Assembly: GCA_964435355.1 (NCBI GenBank)
Contig: CAYSYL010000002.1
Location: forward strand, 1 to 38,680
Length of the DNA stretch: 38,680 bases
Source of the DNA: an uncultured Candidatus Peribacteria bacterium
GTDB lineage: Bacteria > Patescibacteriota > Gracilibacteria > UBA1369
Direction of reading: 5' to 3'
The notes under the pieces are model-generated. The model searched no databases. It had not been told where the DNA came from and saw nothing but the letters and a program-made list of their open reading frames with translations. Made by a program: the position numbers and the translations under genes. Positions 8,334 through 17,026 of this stretch are shown here, in pieces; position 1 is the stretch's first letter, and the number at the start of each line of letters is the position of its first letter.

Positions 8334-8813
8334 TTATAATTCAATGAAATGTACCGGACTTCCGTGCCAATCGAAGAATTTTTTCATATCTTCACGCTTT
8401 ACTTCGAGAGTTTCAGTATTTATGTTCGGATGAAAATTGAGATACTCATTTTTCCACAGGCCTTCATCAACAATGATGACGACCTCTTTATTTTTATCGT
8501 GAATCAGGGCGAAAGGGGATACCGAACCGGGAGTGACTCCCAAATGTTTCAATAACCTTTCTGGAGATGCAAAGCTCATTTCTGACTCATTCAGAAGTGT
8601 TGCCAATTTTTTCAGATCCGCTTTTTTCGTGCTTTCAATAACGACAAGGTAATGTTTGAGTCCTTTTCGGTTCCGAAGGAAAAGATTTTTGCTTTGCCCT
8701 CCCCGCATGTTTTTATTATATGGTTCCGCATCCTCGCAGGTAAAAAGGGGAGGGTGCGTATGTTTTTTATAGGCAATGTGCAGTTCTTCCAGTATGTGAT
8801 AAAGATCGGGCAT
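8334..8813 (-). CDS. proX: Prolyl-tRNA editing protein ProX/YbaK family (aminoacyl-tRNA deacylase)
   Basis: MPDLYHILEELHIAYKKHTHPPLFTCEDAE...SKNLFLRNRKGLKHYLVV...LSFASPERLLKHLGVTPGSVSPFAL matches ProX/PrdX-type proteins. The start was trimmed to ATG 8813 because the track ORF (to 9143) reads through the tRNA-Pro gene on the opposite strand. Confidence 0.75.
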   Translation of the reverse strand: MPDLYHILEELHIAYKKHTHPPLFTCEDAEPYNKNMRGGQSKNLFLRNRKGLKHYLVVIESTKKADLKKLATLLNESEMSFASPERLLKHLGVTPGSVSPFALIHDKNKEVVIIVDEGLWKNEYLNFHPNINTETLEVKREDMKKFFDWHGSPVHFIEL

Positions 8814-8975
8814 GTTGAAAGAATACGAAACGTCGTTTCTTTTGGCAATAAGAGTTTCGAAAGTAAGAGCACTAAGCATAGAGTTAGTGAAGCTCTTCAC
8901 ATTATTGAAACTTTCTGGCAAGGTATGGAGGTCATCATTATTATGAAATTTTATTGGGGGAATTTTTAGATGATG

Positions 8976-9052
8976 CGGGGTGTAGCGCAGTTGGCTAGCG
9001 CGCAGCGTTCGGGTCGCTGAGGTCGTGGGTTCAAGTCCCGCCACCCCGACCA
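8976..9052 (+). tRNA. tRNA-Pro (anticodon CGG), CCA encoded
   Basis: Manual cloverleaf: acceptor CGGGGTG/CACCCCG, D arm GCGC-AGTTGGCTA-GCGC, anticodon stem CAGCG/CGCTG with loop TT-CGG-GT, T arm GTGGG-TTCAAGT-CCCGC, then A plus CCA. Confidence 0.85.
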
Positions 9053-9283
9053 AGTCCAGCTTCAGCTGGAGTAAAATATAATTATGGAGTCGAGAATCGA
9101 ATGGGTGTTTATAATCTACTACTTTCCTGTTTTTATTTTTCAAAAATGGAGGTAAAACGGCCTTCAGAGATAACTTTTACTACCTCTTCCGGCTCAAAAA
9201 CTCTTCAATTATTCCTGAATCAAAAGGGGTGTTTTTAGAAGTAGTGAGAGGGTATCAGTCAGGATTTTGCTGAGGAAATTTTC

Positions 9284-9337
9284 TTCACGAAATATTCACG
9301 GTGACTTCAAGCTCTCTTCATGAAGAGTGGCTATAAT
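9284..9337 (+). promoter_or_regulatory. Four phased TTCA(C) direct repeats (11-bp spacing) abutting a TATAAT -10 box; putative OmpR-family response-regulator binding site and promoter of the downstream operon
   Basis: TTCA starts at 9284, 9295, 9306 and 9317, exactly 11 bp apart. TATAAT at 9332-9337. Located about 60 nt upstream of the 9396 ORF, which heads the RR/HK gene cluster. Confidence 0.5.
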
Positions 9338-9395
9338 GGCATTATGAACCAATTGGCCAGTTGATGTTCTCATTTACTTCATAATTTTTACTTCT

Positions 9396-10181
9396 ATGAA
9401 AAATAAAGAAAAATATATGGTGGTTGCCGGATTGGCGGTTACCGCTTTGGGACTTTTAAATGCCTCTTCTTTTGATACCGTTTTTGCTCAGACGATTACT
9501 TCGGCTTCTGACTCAGCAGTGACCCAGATGAGTGAGCGCCCTCTTCTTAAAAATATTCAGCGCCAGGTGAAAAATATCGATAATGGGGTTGTTGTCACCA
9601 TGACTTCAACGGATGCCGATACGGTTAAAAAGCTTCAGTCGAAGGATCGGCCAAAGTTCCCTCAGGATAAACTGGCTGATAAGAATATTACCGTGACCCA
9701 ATCGAATATTACGAATGGTGTCCAGCTCACCATCACTTCTACTGACGCCACCATGGTAAAAACTATTCAGGAAAGGGAGGCGCAGGGTGGATTTATGGGA
9801 AAAGGCCATGGGATGTTCGGTCAGAAGGGTATGCTTAAAAATCTCGATCGATCTGTTACGAATGTCGCTAATGGCGTTGAAATCACCATGACTTCAACGG
9901 ATGCTGATACGGTTACCAAACTTCAGGCTATGGAACGCCCAAAATTTCCGGAAAAGGTTTTAGCGGATAAAAATATTACGGTTACCCAGACCAATATCAC
10001 GAATGGCGTGCGTGTCACTATTACTTCGACTGATGCTGATACGGTGAAAACCATTCAGGAGAGAGAACAGCAACATTCCTTCCAAGAAGCGAAGGGTTTG
10101 GGTATGATGGGACGAGGGCATAGGCATGGCATGTTTAATCATAAAAACACCGTGACGACCAGTTCAGCAATCAACAGCTAA
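9396..10181 (+). CDS. Secreted/periplasmic repeat protein with His/Met-rich linkers (internal tandem duplication)
   Basis: Signal peptide (MVVAGLAVTALGLLNASS). Two ~96-aa units (aa ~50-145 and ~146-245) each contain two N[GV]V.[VL]T[MI]TS[TD]DADTV.K[LI]Q modules. Units end in KGHGMFGQKGM and GMMGRGHRHGMFNH. Confidence 0.7.
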   Translation: MKNKEKYMVVAGLAVTALGLLNASSFDTVFAQTITSASDSAVTQMSERPLLKNIQRQVKNIDNGVVVTMTSTDADTVKKLQSKDRPKFPQDKLADKNITVTQSNITNGVQLTITSTDATMVKTIQEREAQGGFMGKGHGMFGQKGMLKNLDRSVTNVANGVEITMTSTDADTVTKLQAMERPKFPEKVLADKNITVTQTNITNGVRVTITSTDADTVKTIQEREQQHSFQEAKGLGMMGRGHRHGMFNHKNTVTTSSAINS

Positions 10182-10279
10182 GGCCTTATGTATCATGTCA
10201 TTTTTTGAAGAGTTAAAGCTCCGACGACGATTATGTCCTAGGAATCGCTCGGAGCTTATGACTCTTCCTTACTTATTTT

Positions 10280-10984
10280 ATGAATCAAAACATTTTCAAA
10301 AAAATATTGCTCATTGATGATGAAAAACCTATTGCTGAGACCATTGCTGCCTATGCAAAAAAAGAGAATATGGAGATCGTTTATGCCGATAACGGAGAAA
10401 CTGGATTGAAGATTTTTTCTGAACAAACCTTTGATATGGTCATTGTGGATTGGATGTTGCCGGGTATGTCTGGCCTTGAGATTATTAAGGCGATTCGGGA
10501 TAAAAATGATGTGCCGATATTGATGTTAAGTGCGCGGAATGATGAAACGGATGTTGTGGTTGGGCTGGAGCTGGGGGCTGATGATTATATGACGAAACCT
10601 TTTGGACCACGTGAGTTGATGGCTCGTATCCATTCTCTTTTCCGACGTTCCAATAAAACTTTGACTGAAGAAAACGATGTTGTGTGTGGCGATTTGGTTT
10701 TTTCTTTTTCTAAGAAGGAGGTTTTGAAAAATGGGAAACCGGTTCGTCTCACGCCTGCCGAGTTTAGGATTTTGGAGGAACTTTATGCCCATAGGGATAA
10801 AGTTGTTTCTCGGGAAGACTTGATGGTAAAGGCTCTGGGATATCATGATTTCCTTAATGATCGAACGCTGGATACCCATATCAAGAACCTTCGAAAAAAA
10901 ATTGAAAACAGTCCGCAGGATCCTCAGATTATTAAAACCGTGAGGGAAGCGGGATTTAAATTTACTTTCATTTCTCCTCTATGA
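10280..10984 (+). CDS. OmpR-family two-component response regulator (REC + winged-helix)
   Basis: KILLIDDE...DMVIVDWMLPGMSGLE...LSAR (receiver domain). C-terminal LTPAEFRILEEL...LDTHIKNLRKKIE...IKTVREAGFKF (Trans_reg_C). Confidence 0.9.
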   Translation: MNQNIFKKILLIDDEKPIAETIAAYAKKENMEIVYADNGETGLKIFSEQTFDMVIVDWMLPGMSGLEIIKAIRDKNDVPILMLSARNDETDVVVGLELGADDYMTKPFGPRELMARIHSLFRRSNKTLTEENDVVCGDLVFSFSKKEVLKNGKPVRLTPAEFRILEELYAHRDKVVSREDLMVKALGYHDFLNDRTLDTHIKNLRKKIENSPQDPQIIKTVREAGFKFTFISPL

Positions 10985-12105
10985 AATTGCAGGCTAAATT
11001 TACGCTCAGTTTTATACTTTTCGTTTGTATTACGATCGTTATCAGTTTTCTTCTGATTAACTGGAATTTGCAATCTGAATTTGATCGTTTTGTCCAGCAG
11101 CGGGTTCAAAATCGCACTCTTATTATTGAGCGAAAAGCCATGGATCAAATAATGTTTATACGGCCGGTCCGGGAAACTCCTGAAGAGCGATTTTCACGAA
11201 CGGTCAGTGACTCTTTGATATTGGCGGGTATTATAGATGTGTTGGTTGCCATGATTTTCGCTTATTTTTTGAGCAATGTATTGTTGCGTCGTATCAAGAG
11301 TTTGGAGGCTGCCATGAAGCAATATATGAAGGACGGTCAATCAAAGGCTGTTGTTCATGGGGCGAGTGATGAAGTGGATGATTTGGCAACCATGTATAAT
11401 CTTCTTATTGAAAAGATCGCGAAAGAAGAAAAAATTCGCCGGGACTTTTTTGTCGATATGTCTCACGAACTTCGAACACCTCTCACCTCTGTAAAAGGTT
11501 ACCTTGAGGGACTTATTGATCATATTTTCGATCAGACGAAAGAAACGGAAATTCATACCAAAGCTTTGAACGAAACGGATCGCATGATTTATCTGGTAAA
11601 AGAGACGACGTCGCTTTCTAAACTTGAATCGGATCCGCCCGAACTTTCTTTGGAGGAGATTGATTTGAGGAGTTTTACTGTAGAGGTCCGAGATATGTTT
11701 TCCGCTGATATCGAGCAAAAGAAATTATCCGTCAGAATTGAAGGAGGTGCTCACGTTTTGATTGATCGGTATAAATTCAAACAGGTCTTCATTAATCTTT
11801 TTGATAATGCCATTCATTATTCTCCCGAAAATGCCGCTATCGTTATTTCGATGGAGGAAAAAGAGGGTTTGATTTCCTGGAGTATCCGAAATCCCCTCAT
11901 AACGCAACCATCATTTGAGGTCGAGCATTTATTTGAGCGGTTTTACCGTGCGGATAAGTCCCGAAAGCATGATGCAAAAAAGCCTCATTTGGGCATAGGA
12001 CTTACTATTGTAAAGAAGATTGTTGAGCAGCATGGAGGAACTATTACGGCCCGGATGGAGAATGAACATATTGTCTTTGAGATTTTGTTTGCAACAAAAG
12101 GTTGA
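10981..12105 (+). CDS. Sensor histidine kinase (2 TM, HAMP-like, HisKA, HATPase_c)
   Basis: H-box FFVDMSHELRTPLTSVKGY, N-box NLFDNAIHYSP and G-box GIGLTIVKKIVEQHGG. Its start overlaps the RR stop (ATGA). The loop between the TM helices is short (~50 aa). Confidence 0.9.
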   Translation: MKLQAKFTLSFILFVCITIVISFLLINWNLQSEFDRFVQQRVQNRTLIIERKAMDQIMFIRPVRETPEERFSRTVSDSLILAGIIDVLVAMIFAYFLSNVLLRRIKSLEAAMKQYMKDGQSKAVVHGASDEVDDLATMYNLLIEKIAKEEKIRRDFFVDMSHELRTPLTSVKGYLEGLIDHIFDQTKETEIHTKALNETDRMIYLVKETTSLSKLESDPPELSLEEIDLRSFTVEVRDMFSADIEQKKLSVRIEGGAHVLIDRYKFKQVFINLFDNAIHYSPENAAIVISMEEKEGLISWSIRNPLITQPSFEVEHLFERFYRADKSRKHDAKKPHLGIGLTIVKKIVEQHGGTITARMENEHIVFEILFATKG

Positions 12106-12153
12106 CTTTGGAGCTTTTTTGGCTATGATAGCTCTGCTTTTTAGTATTTCGAT

Positions 12154-12336
12154 ATGCCTATTGGAAAAAGTCAGTTTGCCGCTTGGTACTGCACTACCTG
12201 CAACGCCGCTAATTATACTCTTGTGTACAACAAAAAAAGTAACGAGAAGATCAAGCGTGAGTTAAAGAAATTTTGCAAGACTGAACGAAAACGCGTTATT
12301 CACAAAAGAAAAGATCTCAAGAGCGGTAAAAAATAG
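12154..12336 (+). CDS. rpmG: 50S ribosomal protein L33
   Basis: 60 aa. WYCTTCNAANYTLVYNKKSNEKIKRELKKFCKTERKRVIHKRKDLK follows the L33 pattern C..C...NY....NK.....E.KK.C....K...H.E.K. Confidence 0.75.
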   Translation: MPIGKSQFAAWYCTTCNAANYTLVYNKKSNEKIKRELKKFCKTERKRVIHKRKDLKSGKK

Positions 12337-12364
12337 TATTTTATATCACTGTATCCCTTGTTTT

Positions 12365-12880
12365 ATGAAAGTTTCACTTTTTCGTGTCTCTTTTTTTGCA
12401 GTTCTTGCTTTTTTACTTGTCGGCTGCAGTTCCCGCCAGTCCGTTGATGCCGTCAATTATAATAATAAGATTGTCCAGATGCAGTCTCAGGTTGTAGAAA
12501 GCATTATAAGTTTTACCAGCTCTTTGCCGGGTCGTGATAAGAAGGTTTTAGATGAGAAAAATGAGCAATTAAGAACGGTTTTGGATGAAAAGATAAAGGA
12601 GCTGAACGAACTTCAGGCTTTTCCTGAAGATCAGGGTTTGAAAGCGGTAGCTATGGAGTTTTTTCTTCATTATAAATCTTTGGCGGATAATGAATATAAA
12701 ACTATGATGGAATTTTACCTTAAGCCGAAATTAACGGATGAGGAAATTGAAAAGGCAAAAGCTTTGGCTCAAGACATGACTAAAAAAGAAGAAGAGTTGG
12801 ATACGAAATTTATGCTGGTTCAGCAGGCTTTTGCTAAGAAGTATAATGTTCCTTTGGTTGAAAATACTCTTTCGAAATAA
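12365..12880 (+). CDS. Hypothetical lipoprotein
   Basis: Signal peptide with lipobox LLVGC, followed by a helical, charged domain. Confidence 0.6.
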   Translation: MKVSLFRVSFFAVLAFLLVGCSSRQSVDAVNYNNKIVQMQSQVVESIISFTSSLPGRDKKVLDEKNEQLRTVLDEKIKELNELQAFPEDQGLKAVAMEFFLHYKSLADNEYKTMMEFYLKPKLTDEEIEKAKALAQDMTKKEEELDTKFMLVQQAFAKKYNVPLVENTLSK

Positions 12881-12888
12881 ATATGATT

Positions 12889-13461
12889 TTATAACGGTTC
12901 TGCGGAGAGCATCATATCCTGTCCCATCATCTTGAAGCAGTATATCCGATATGGTTTTTTATCTTCGAATGCCTCGTATACTTCCGGTTCATTCGTGTAC
13001 ATTTTCGTACCCTGAACTTCGATGCAATAGGCCTGTAATGAAGTTTGAGAGATTCCTTCGATCGCTTTGATTTTCGCTCCGCTTGCCTCCATTATTGATA
13101 TTTTGACAGGGCCTTCCACGCTTTTTATCGTAATAGTCCCTTTCATTATTTGTGCGGTTTTCTGTTTCGAATAATGATATATTCCGGCATACAACAGGAT
13201 AGTTCCGATAATTATTCCAGGAAGCAGGAGTGGATTCTCTTTAAAAACTGGCCCCATTTCTTCATATTGGCTCACTATCCCAATAGCCATGATAACTCCC
13301 ACGGCCCCCATAATTTTTATCATTGTTTTTTGATTTTTTTCAAATTTTTCACCGAGATGTTTTTTTTGCGAGTCTGATACGGCCCCATTTTTATTCATTT
13401 CAAGATCCTGTTCGGTAAAGTGGAGAGCCGTCATGAGTTGTTCGAGGGGAGTGGATGGCAT
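12889..13461 (-). CDS. Hypothetical membrane protein (2 central TM helices)
   Basis: The track ORF extends to 13629 but overlaps the divergent 13513 ORF. It was trimmed to the internal ATG at 13461 (MPSTPLEQL...). Hydrophobic segments: IMGAVGVIMAIGIV and LLLPGIIIGTILLYAGIY. Confidence 0.5.
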   Translation of the reverse strand: MPSTPLEQLMTALHFTEQDLEMNKNGAVSDSQKKHLGEKFEKNQKTMIKIMGAVGVIMAIGIVSQYEEMGPVFKENPLLLPGIIIGTILLYAGIYHYSKQKTAQIMKGTITIKSVEGPVKISIMEASGAKIKAIEGISQTSLQAYCIEVQGTKMYTNEPEVYEAFEDKKPYRIYCFKMMGQDMMLSAEPL

Positions 13462-13512
13462 ATGAAATATGAGGTAGGATATAATTGCTTCTGAAATTAT
13501 TAAACTATTCCC

Positions 13513-14403
13513 ATGAATTTTCAATCCCCGCGCTACGGGTCTCTTCTTTTTTTTATCGGACGTTTTGAACAGACGAAGGATGCCTCCCTGCCTCCCTTCA
13601 TTGCCGGCCCCTTGAAAGAACTGGCCCACGATGTGAAAAATATCAAAACTTCTTATGACCGGGCGATGTCACTTATTGTTTTGAGTCTGGCGTATAAATT
13701 ATTTGGTGTTCAGGAGTATAAATCGGCCCTGGAATTTTTGGCGACGAGCGGAAAGCAGCATGCTTCTCACGATGCGCTGCAGGATTTTGCATGGAATATT
13801 TTAGAAGGGACTGGGCTGATTTTGGCATATCGAATATTGAAGGATGTTCAATGGCTCGATGAAGCCCGGTCGATTTTTGTTACATCTTATAAACAGATTC
13901 GTGAATCTTTCAATAGCAAGAATGAGGAGTATTTGTCTTACTATGTGACGCTTCTTCTTCTAGTTACCTATCTTCATGAGGAGGAGCCGCAATATATTGA
14001 AGTTATAGGTTGGCTCCGGGAGAAGGTGGGCGGATTTTTTGATAATAATCAGTGGTTTTTGAAGAGAGTTAATGGCGTGTGTTCCGATAAGGCGTATTTT
14101 TCGGATTATCCGTTTATTTCTTTCGCCTCGCTTGCAGAATGGGCTTTACTTCGGAGTGACCATCTTCTTGAAAAGCCGGAAGAAAAACGGATGCTTACGT
14201 ATTTTATTCCTTTGGAAAGTGATTTTGCCAATCTTGTCGTGTGGTGGAAGAATGGCTTTTCACATATGATTCATGGGCCAGCTCTGAATTTGGTTTCTTT
14301 GCCTTTCGGTAGTGTTTTTGCACATGGCCCCCGATTTATGGACTGTTATAAAAAAATGTGCCGGATGTTTAAGACGGAAGAGGATTTGGCAAAGATTTTA
14401 TAA
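13513..14403 (+). CDS. Hypothetical protein (start uncertain; alternative ATG at 13666)
   Basis: 296-aa ORF with protein-like composition and no motif recognised. Confidence 0.5.
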   Translation: MNFQSPRYGSLLFFIGRFEQTKDASLPPFIAGPLKELAHDVKNIKTSYDRAMSLIVLSLAYKLFGVQEYKSALEFLATSGKQHASHDALQDFAWNILEGTGLILAYRILKDVQWLDEARSIFVTSYKQIRESFNSKNEEYLSYYVTLLLLVTYLHEEEPQYIEVIGWLREKVGGFFDNNQWFLKRVNGVCSDKAYFSDYPFISFASLAEWALLRSDHLLEKPEEKRMLTYFIPLESDFANLVVWWKNGFSHMIHGPALNLVSLPFGSVFAHGPRFMDCYKKMCRMFKTEEDLAKIL

Positions 14404-14497
14404 TCTGTTCTTTATTTTCCTGGTTTTTGCTCAGCAAATTTGACGGAATGTCTTTTATCCTCAATAATGTCTACTTGTCTATCACTTTTCATATTTT

Positions 14498-16759
14498 ATG
14501 GCGGAAAATCTGGTGATTGTTGAGTCTCCGGCAAAGGCAAAAACTATCTCGAAAATTTTAGGTAAAAATTATACCGTTCGGGCTTCCATGGGCCATGTTC
14601 GCGATTTGCCGAAATCGAAAATGGGAATCGATATTGACCATGATTTTCAGCCGGATTATTTAATTCCTGCTGAAAAGAAAAAAGTTATTAAGGAGCTGAA
14701 AGGGTTTTTGAAAAAAGATACCACCCTCTATGTGGCGACTGATGAAGATCGTGAAGGAGAGGCGATTGGCTGGCATTTATTGCAAGCTCTTGATGTTAAT
14801 ACCAAGAAGCGTGAGGTCAAACGCATTGTTTTTCATGAAATCACCTCGGGAGCCATTAAAGATGCTCTGAAAAATCCCCGCGATATTGATCAAAATCTCG
14901 TGGATGCTCAACAGGCACGACGGGTTCTGGATCGTTTGGTGGGTTATGAACTCTCTCCGCTTTTATGGAAAAAGATTCGCTACGGACTTTCCGCCGGCCG
15001 TGTTCAAAGCGTGGCTGTTCGCTTGCTGGTAGAGAGAGAACGTGAAATTCGTGCTTTTAAACCTGAGGAGTACTGGACGATTACCGCGAATTTTTTGAAA
15101 GGAAATGACTCCTTTGAGGCGACTCTTAACAAGTTTAAGGGGAAGGATGTCGTTTTACATAACGGTAAAGATTCCGACCAGGTTTTGAGTGAGCTGAAGG
15201 GTGCTACCTATGAAGTTACCAAGGTGGAGGAAAAGGAAGTAAAGCGATATCCGGCTCCTCCTTTTACCACATCGACTTTGCAGCAGGAAGCTTCCCGCAA
15301 ACTTGGGTTTTCCGTTAAAAAGACCATGACGCTTGCGCAACAGTTATATGAAGGCGTGGAGCTTGGTAGTGGCGTTACCGGTCTTATTACCTATATGCGT
15401 ACGGATTCCGTTAATTTGTCTCAGGTGGCTTTGAAACAGGCGCAAGAGGTGATTACGAAAGATTTCGGGAAAGAGTATGGATTGGATACTCCCCGCTCTT
15501 TTAAATCCAAGAAAGGGGCTCAGGAGGCGCACGAAGCAATCCGTCCAGTGGATCTTTCCTTGAAGCCGGAAGAGGTTGAACAGTATCTGGATAAGGATCA
15601 GTTGCGATTGTATGAACTTGTATGGAAAAGAACGCTTGCCTGCCAAATGAAAGAGGCTCGTCTTAACGCGTTGGGGGTGGATATTACGCCTTCAGTTTCC
15701 GGGAAAAAACTGGAATATATTTTTCGTGCCACTGGTCAGACAATTGAGTTTGCCGGCTTCATGCGTGCTTATGTCGAAGGTTCTGACAAGCCTGAAGAGG
15801 AGTTGGCGGATCAGGAAAAGTTGTTGCCGAAACTTCAGGAAGGCGATAATGTGAAGGCAAAAGAACTTCTTCCTCTTCAACATTTTACCAAACCTCCCGC
15901 CCGTTATACGGAAGCAAGCTTGGTTAAAAAATTGGAATCTGAAGGCATCGGCCGTCCGTCAACGTATGCTCCTACCATAACTACGATTATGACCCGGGGG
16001 TATGTCGAGAAAGAAGCGAAACAATTGAAACCGACGGATCTTGCCGAAGTGGTGACTGATATGCTCGTGAATCATTTCGCCGATATTGTGGATTATAAGT
16101 TTACGGCGGAAATGGAAGATACCCTGGATTTAATTGCTGAGGGTAAGAAGAAATGGGCTCCCGTTATGGCAGAATTTTATAAACCTTTTCATAAAGTGAT
16201 TGAAGAAAAACAGAAAACTTTGAAGAAAGAGGATATCGTCAATTTGGAAGAAACAGATGAGAAGTGTGAAAAATGTGGCAATAAGATGATCGTGAAATTG
16301 GGCCGATTCGGGAAATTTTTATCCTGCTCTAACTACCCCGAGTGTAAGAATGCCCGGCCACTCGCCGGTGGTGGGAAGGGAGAACCTGCCGAAAAAAGTG
16401 AGGAGCGGAAAGCGCTTGAAAAGAAATTCAGTGATAAGAAATGTGAAAAGTGTGGAAGTCCTATGGAAATAAAGACAGGACGTTATGGTGAGTTTTTGGG
16501 ATGTAGCGGGTATCCGAAATGTAAGAATATCCAGCCTATCGTGAAGTTTGCCGGGGTCAAATGTCCAGAATGTGGAGAGGGGCAGATGATTGAACGCCGT
16601 GCCCGAAAGTCAGGTAAACTTTTTTATGGTTGCAATAAGTATCCGGCTTGTAAATCTGCACTGTGGGATAAACCGACGGGGGAAAATTGTAAAACATGCG
16701 GCGCTTTGATGATCGAGAAAAAGGGAGCGGTTATGTGTAGTAAAGACGCTTCCCATTGA
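14498..16759 (+). CDS. topA: DNA topoisomerase I (type IA) with four C-terminal C4 zinc ribbons
   Basis: TOPRIM start LVIVESPAKAKTI, DEDREGE, and the active-site region ITYMRTDS. C-terminal repeats include CEKCGNKM...CSNYPECKN, CEKCGSPM...CSGYPKCKN and CPECGEG...CNKYPACKS. Confidence 0.95.
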   Translation: MAENLVIVESPAKAKTISKILGKNYTVRASMGHVRDLPKSKMGIDIDHDFQPDYLIPAEKKKVIKELKGFLKKDTTLYVATDEDREGEAIGWHLLQALDVNTKKREVKRIVFHEITSGAIKDALKNPRDIDQNLVDAQQARRVLDRLVGYELSPLLWKKIRYGLSAGRVQSVAVRLLVEREREIRAFKPEEYWTITANFLKGNDSFEATLNKFKGKDVVLHNGKDSDQVLSELKGATYEVTKVEEKEVKRYPAPPFTTSTLQQEASRKLGFSVKKTMTLAQQLYEGVELGSGVTGLITYMRTDSVNLSQVALKQAQEVITKDFGKEYGLDTPRSFKSKKGAQEAHEAIRPVDLSLKPEEVEQYLDKDQLRLYELVWKRTLACQMKEARLNALGVDITPSVSGKKLEYIFRATGQTIEFAGFMRAYVEGSDKPEEELADQEKLLPKLQEGDNVKAKELLPLQHFTKPPARYTEASLVKKLESEGIGRPSTYAPTITTIMTRGYVEKEAKQLKPTDLAEVVTDMLVNHFADIVDYKFTAEMEDTLDLIAEGKKKWAPVMAEFYKPFHKVIEEKQKTLKKEDIVNLEETDEKCEKCGNKMIVKLGRFGKFLSCSNYPECKNARPLAGGGKGEPAEKSEERKALEKKFSDKKCEKCGSPMEIKTGRYGEFLGCSGYPKCKNIQPIVKFAGVKCPECGEGQMIERRARKSGKLFYGCNKYPACKSALWDKPTGENCKTCGALMIEKKGAVMCSKDASH

Positions 16760-16765
16760 TTTTAA

Positions 16766-16887
16766 GGCCAAGTTTAAAAATTGGCTCTTGCGGCGTTGAA
16801 AATTTAAGAGCAGCTCACCGTATTTTTAATACGGCTTGCTTTGCTCTTAAATTTTCGCCTTGCCATAGCCAATTTTTAAACTTGGCC
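16766..16887. repeat. 122-nt nested palindrome (long hairpin) immediately after topA, plus a 21-nt direct partial copy at 16939-16959
   Basis: Outer arms GGCCAAGTTTAAAAATTGGCT (16766-16786) and AGCCAATTTTTAAACTTGGCC (16867-16887) are a perfect 21-bp pair. Inner arms are GAAAATTTAAGAGCA / TGCTCTTAAATTTTC. The apical hairpin is CCGTATT-TTT-AATACGG. AAGAGCAGCTCACCGTATTTT recurs at 16939-16959. Confidence 0.8.
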
Positions 16888-17026
16888 TGTGTGCTTACTG
16901 AGATCACTGTTGAATGTCATTAAATGTGGAAAAAATTAAAGAGCAGCTCACCGTATTTTGGATAGTTCTTCTTCTAAAATTTGCAGGTTTGTAGTATAAT
17001 TAACGGATAGAATTTAATTTGCTACT

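Noticed and set aside
8814-9143. N-terminal 110 aa of track ORF 8334..9143
   Set aside because: This part is the reverse complement of tRNA-Pro(CGG) and its flanks ([24 protein letters not shown] is a translated tRNA). The ProX homology starts at the ATG at 8813.
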